Program-made: the position numbers and the translations under genes | Shown here: one piece after another, positions 60,320-64,000 of the stretch | Layout of the letters: each line of letters starts with the position of its first letter | How positions within the stretch are numbered: position 1 is the stretch's first letter | Source of the DNA: the human T2T-CHM13v2.0 reference genome, Homo sapiens | Length of the DNA: 64,000 nucleotides | Assembly (NCBI RefSeq): GCF_009914755.1 | Contig: NC_060942.1 | Direction: 5' to 3' (one strand) | Notes under the pieces: model-generated | Database searches by the model: none | Told to the model about the DNA's origin: nothing | The model's input: only the letters and a program-made list of their open reading frames with translations

Positions 60320-62908
60320 AAAATATTCTGAAGCTCAATAAGATACAGAAGAAGGCTGAAAACGAATCTGAGGAAACCAGTAAAATTATCCAAGAGCTGA
60401 AACATGACATAGTCATTTTAAGAAAGAACCAAACTGAACTTTTAGAAATGAAAAATTTTACTACAGGAATTTTATAATGCAATTAGAAGCATTAACAAGA
60501 GAATAGACAAAGCTGAGGAAAGAATCTCAGACCTCAAAGATCACTACTTGCAATCAACACAGGCAGAAAAAAAAAAGCAAAAGAATTTTAAAGAATGTAC
60601 AAAACCTCTGAAAACTATAGGATTATGTAAAGAGACTAAACCTGCGACTCATTGGCATTCCTGAAAGAGCTGGAGAGAGAGTAAGCAACTTAGAAAACAT
60701 ATTTGAGGATACTGTCCATGAAAATTTTCTCAACCTAGCAAGGGAAGTCAACACGAAATTCAGGAAATTCTGAGAACCCCTGTGAGATATGATATAAGAT
60801 CACCATCCCTAAGACACACAGTAATCAGATTCTCCAAGTTCAATGTGTAAAAAAAAAAACCATTAAAGGCAGCTAGAGAGAAGGACAGGTCACTGTAAAG
60901 GGAACCCCATCAGGCTAACAGTGGACCTTTCAGCAGAATCCTTAGAAGCCAGAAGAGATTGGGGGCCTATATTCAGCATCCTTAAAGAAAAGAAATTTCA
61001 ACCAAGAATTTTGTATTCACAAACAAAGCTTCATGAACACAGGAGAAATAAAATCCTTTTCAGACAAGAAAATGCTAAGGAAATTTGTTAGGACCAGACT
61101 TGCCTTACAAGAGGTCCTTGAGGTAGTGCTAAACATGGAAAGACAAGAACAATATCTGCCACCTCAAAAAGACACTTAAGCACTTAGCCCAGTGAAACTA
61201 TAAAGTAACCACACAATCAAGTCAACATAACAACCAGCTAACAATATGATAACAGTATCAAATCCTCATATATCAATATTGACCTTGAATATAAATGGGC
61301 TAAATGACCCACTTAAAAGGCACAAAGTAGCAAATTGGATAAAAAAACTAGACCTAACTGCATGCTGTCTTCAACAGACCCATTTCACATGAAATGACAC
61401 CCATAGACCCAAAAGTAAAGAGATAGAGAAAGATTTATCATGAAAATGGAAAACAAAAATGAACAGTGGCTATTATTATTATTTCAGACAAAACAGATTT
61501 TAAACCAACAATGATCAGAAAAAGCAAATAAGAGCATTACATAATGATAAGGGTTCAATTCACCCAGAAGACTTAACTATCCTAAATACATAGGCACCCA
61601 ACATTGGAGCACACAAATACATAAAACAAGTTCTTAGAGACCTATGAAGGGACTTAGATAACCATAAAATAAAGGTGGGAGACTTCAAGACCCACTAACA
61701 GTATTAGACAAATTATCAAGGCAGAAAACTAACAAAGATATTCAGGACATAAGCTTGACTTTTGACCAAATGGACCTAAGAGACATCTATAGAACACTCC
61801 ACCCAACAACAGAATATATATTCTTCTCATCTGCATATGGCATACACTCTAAGATTAACCACATACTTGGCCATAAAGCAATTCTCAACAAATTAAAAAA
61901 AATCATACCAACCACACTCTCAGACCACATTACAATACAAATAGAAATCAATACCAAGAAGATCTCTTAAAACCATACAATTATCTGGAAATTAAACAAG
62001 CTACTCCTGAATCACATTGCAGTAAAGAATACCTTTAAGTCAGAAATCGAGAAATTCTTTGAAACTAATGAAAACAAAAATACAACATACTAGACTCTCT
62101 AGGACACAGTTAAAGCAGTGTTAAGAAAGTTTATAGTGCCAAACACCTACATGAAGAAGTTAGAAAGATCTCAAATTAACAAGCTAACATCACATCTAGA
62201 AGAACTAGAAAAACAAGAGCAAACCAAGAGCTAGCAGAACAAAATAAATAACCAAAATCCGAGCTGAAGTGAATAAAATTGAGGCATAAAAATCCATACG
62301 AAAGATTAGCAAAACTAAATGTAGGTTCTTCAAAAGAATAAACAACAATGATTGCTACCTAGATTACTAAAAGAAAAAGTGAGAAGATCTAAATAAACAC
62401 AATCAGAAATGACAAAGCATTACCACCTACCCCACAGAAATGTTAAAATACCCCTGAGACTATTATGAATACCTCTATACACACAAACTAGAAAACCAAG
62501 AAGAAATGGATAAATTCCTGGAAAAAATACAACCTCCCATATTGAACCAGGAAGAAACTGAAATCCTGAATAGACCAATAAAGAGTTCCAAAATTGAATC
62601 AGTAATAATAAAAAACTTTCTAACCATAAGAAGCCCAGGACCAGACGGATTCACAGCTGAATTCTACCAGAGGTACAAAGAAGAACTGGTTCCAATCCTA
62701 CTAAAATTATTCCAAAAAATTGAGGAAGAGGGACTCCTCCTAAGTCATTCTATGAGACCAGAATCTTTCTGATACCAAAACCTGGCAGAGACAAAAGAAA
62801 AAAAGAAAACTTCAGGCCAATATTCCTGATGAACTTAGACTCCAAAATACTCAGCAAAATACTAGTAAACCAAAACCAGCAGCACAACAAAAAGCCCATC
62901 TACCACTA
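60320..62908 (+). mobile_element. Old L1P (L1PA15/16-L1PB grade) with disrupted ORF1 (~60320-61180) and ORF2 endonuclease/linker region (from ~61247)
   Basis: ORF1 motifs 'gaatagac.aagctgaggaaagaatctcaga', 'gggaaccccatcaggctaacag', 'gattgggggcctat'; ORF2 start 'atatcaatattgaccttgaat.taaatgggctaaatg'; ORF 62506-62772 contains '[13 protein letters not shown]'; many stops and frameshifts. Confidence 0.9.
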
Positions 62909-63334
62909 TGATGTGGTTTGGCCGTGTCCACACCCAAATCTCATCTTGAATTGTAGCTCCAATAATTCCCATGTGTTGTGGGAGGGACCCTGTGAGGGAT
63001 ACTTGAATCATGGGTGGCAGTGGGGAGGGGGGTCCTTTCCTGTGCTGTTCTCAGGATAGTGAATGAGTCTCATGACATCTGATGGTTTTTATAAAGGGGA
63101 CTTCTCCTGCACATACTCTCTCTTGCCTGCTACCATGTAAGATGTGACTGCTCCTCATTCTCCTGCTGCCATGTAAGACATGACTTTGCTCCTCATTTGC
63201 CTTCCAACATGTTTGTGAGGCCTCCCAAGCCATGTGGAACTGTGAGTCAATTATTAATTATTTACAAAATTTCCTTTATCAATTACCCAGTCTCAGGTAT
63301 GTCTTTATTAGCAGGGTGAGAACAGACTAATCCA
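62909..63334 (+). mobile_element. THE1 (B/C-type) 5' LTR inserted into L1 ORF2
   Basis: 'tgatgtggtttggccgtgtcc..cccaaatctcatcttgaattgtagctcc' ... 'tattagcag.gtgagaacagactaatcca'. Confidence 0.92.
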
Positions 63335-64000
63335 GTAAATTGATACTGGTAGAATGGTGTGCTGCTGCAAACATACCCAAAATGTGGAAGTGACTTTGAA
63401 GGTAACAGGCAGAGGTTGGAACAGTTTGGAGGGCTCAGAAGAAGATAGGAAAATGTGGGACAGTTTGGAACTTCCTAGAGACTTGGAAGGCTCAGAAGAC
63501 GGGAAGATGTGGGAAAGTTTAGAACTTCCTAGACACTTGTTGAATGGCTTTGACCAAAATGCTGATAGTGATATAGACAATAAAGTCCAGGCTGACGTGT
63601 TCTCAGATGGAGATGAGGAATGTATTGGAACAAAGGTGACTCTTGCTGTGATTTGGCAAAGACACTGGTGGTGTTTTCCCATGCACTAGAGATATGTGGA
63701 ACTTTGAACTTGACAGAGATGATTTGGGGTATCTGGTGGAAGAAATTTCTAAGCAGCAAAGCATTCAAGAGGAAGCACAGCATAAAAGTTTGGAAAATTT
63801 GAAGGCTGATGATACAATAGAAAAGAAAAACCCATTTTCTGGGAAGGAATTCAAGCCAGTTGCAGACATTTGCATAAGTAATGAGGAGTCCAATGTTAAT
63901 CACCAAAACAATGAGAAAAATGTCTCCAGGGCATGCCAGAGGCCTTCATGGCAACCCCTCCCATCACAGGACCTGAAGCCTAAAAGGAAAAAATGGTTTC
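63335..64000 (+). mobile_element. THE1 internal region (THE1-int), runs off window
   Basis: 'gtaaattg.tac..', 'aggcagaggttggaacagtttggagggctcagaagaaga', 'gaatggctttgaccaaaatgctgatagtg', 'gaagaaatttctaagcagcaaagcattcaagagg'. Confidence 0.92.

Noticed and set aside
63354-63689. ORF with repeated LEGSE..KMW.SLELPR motif
   Set aside because: Translation of a tandem duplication within decayed THE1-int; no evidence of an expressed protein

Overview
This is AT-rich primate genomic DNA, almost certainly human, because it carries an L1 insertion with the human-specific Ta diagnostic bases. It reads as intergenic or deep-intronic sequence and is roughly half interspersed repeats. These comprise 15 Alu/FLAM copies, L1 fragments from old L1M to young L1PA2/L1-Ta, L2 and MIR relics, MaLR/ERVL/ERV1 LTRs (THE1, MLT1, MLT2, MER4), non-autonomous DNA transposons (MER82, MER58, MER5A, MER3, Tigger3) and many microsatellites. 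I cannot support any host protein-coding exon, RNA gene or CRISPR array. The only ORF with real protein homology is the C-terminus of L1 ORF2p (30012-30755), plus disrupted L1 ORF1/ORF2 remnants at 60.3-62.9 kb. I did not find a new biological system. The notable signals are small-scale genome-dynamics events: a ~110-bp L1-Ta insertion that may be polymorphic, apparent re-use of one L1-endonuclease site by an AluJ and later an L1PA2, a 135-bp dispersed duplication, a 24-bp exact templated repeat, a three-monomer Alu inside one TSD pair, and a 14:1 Alu strand bias. Repeat subfamily names come from recall of consensus sequences and boundaries are approximate; RepeatMasker/Dfam should confirm them.
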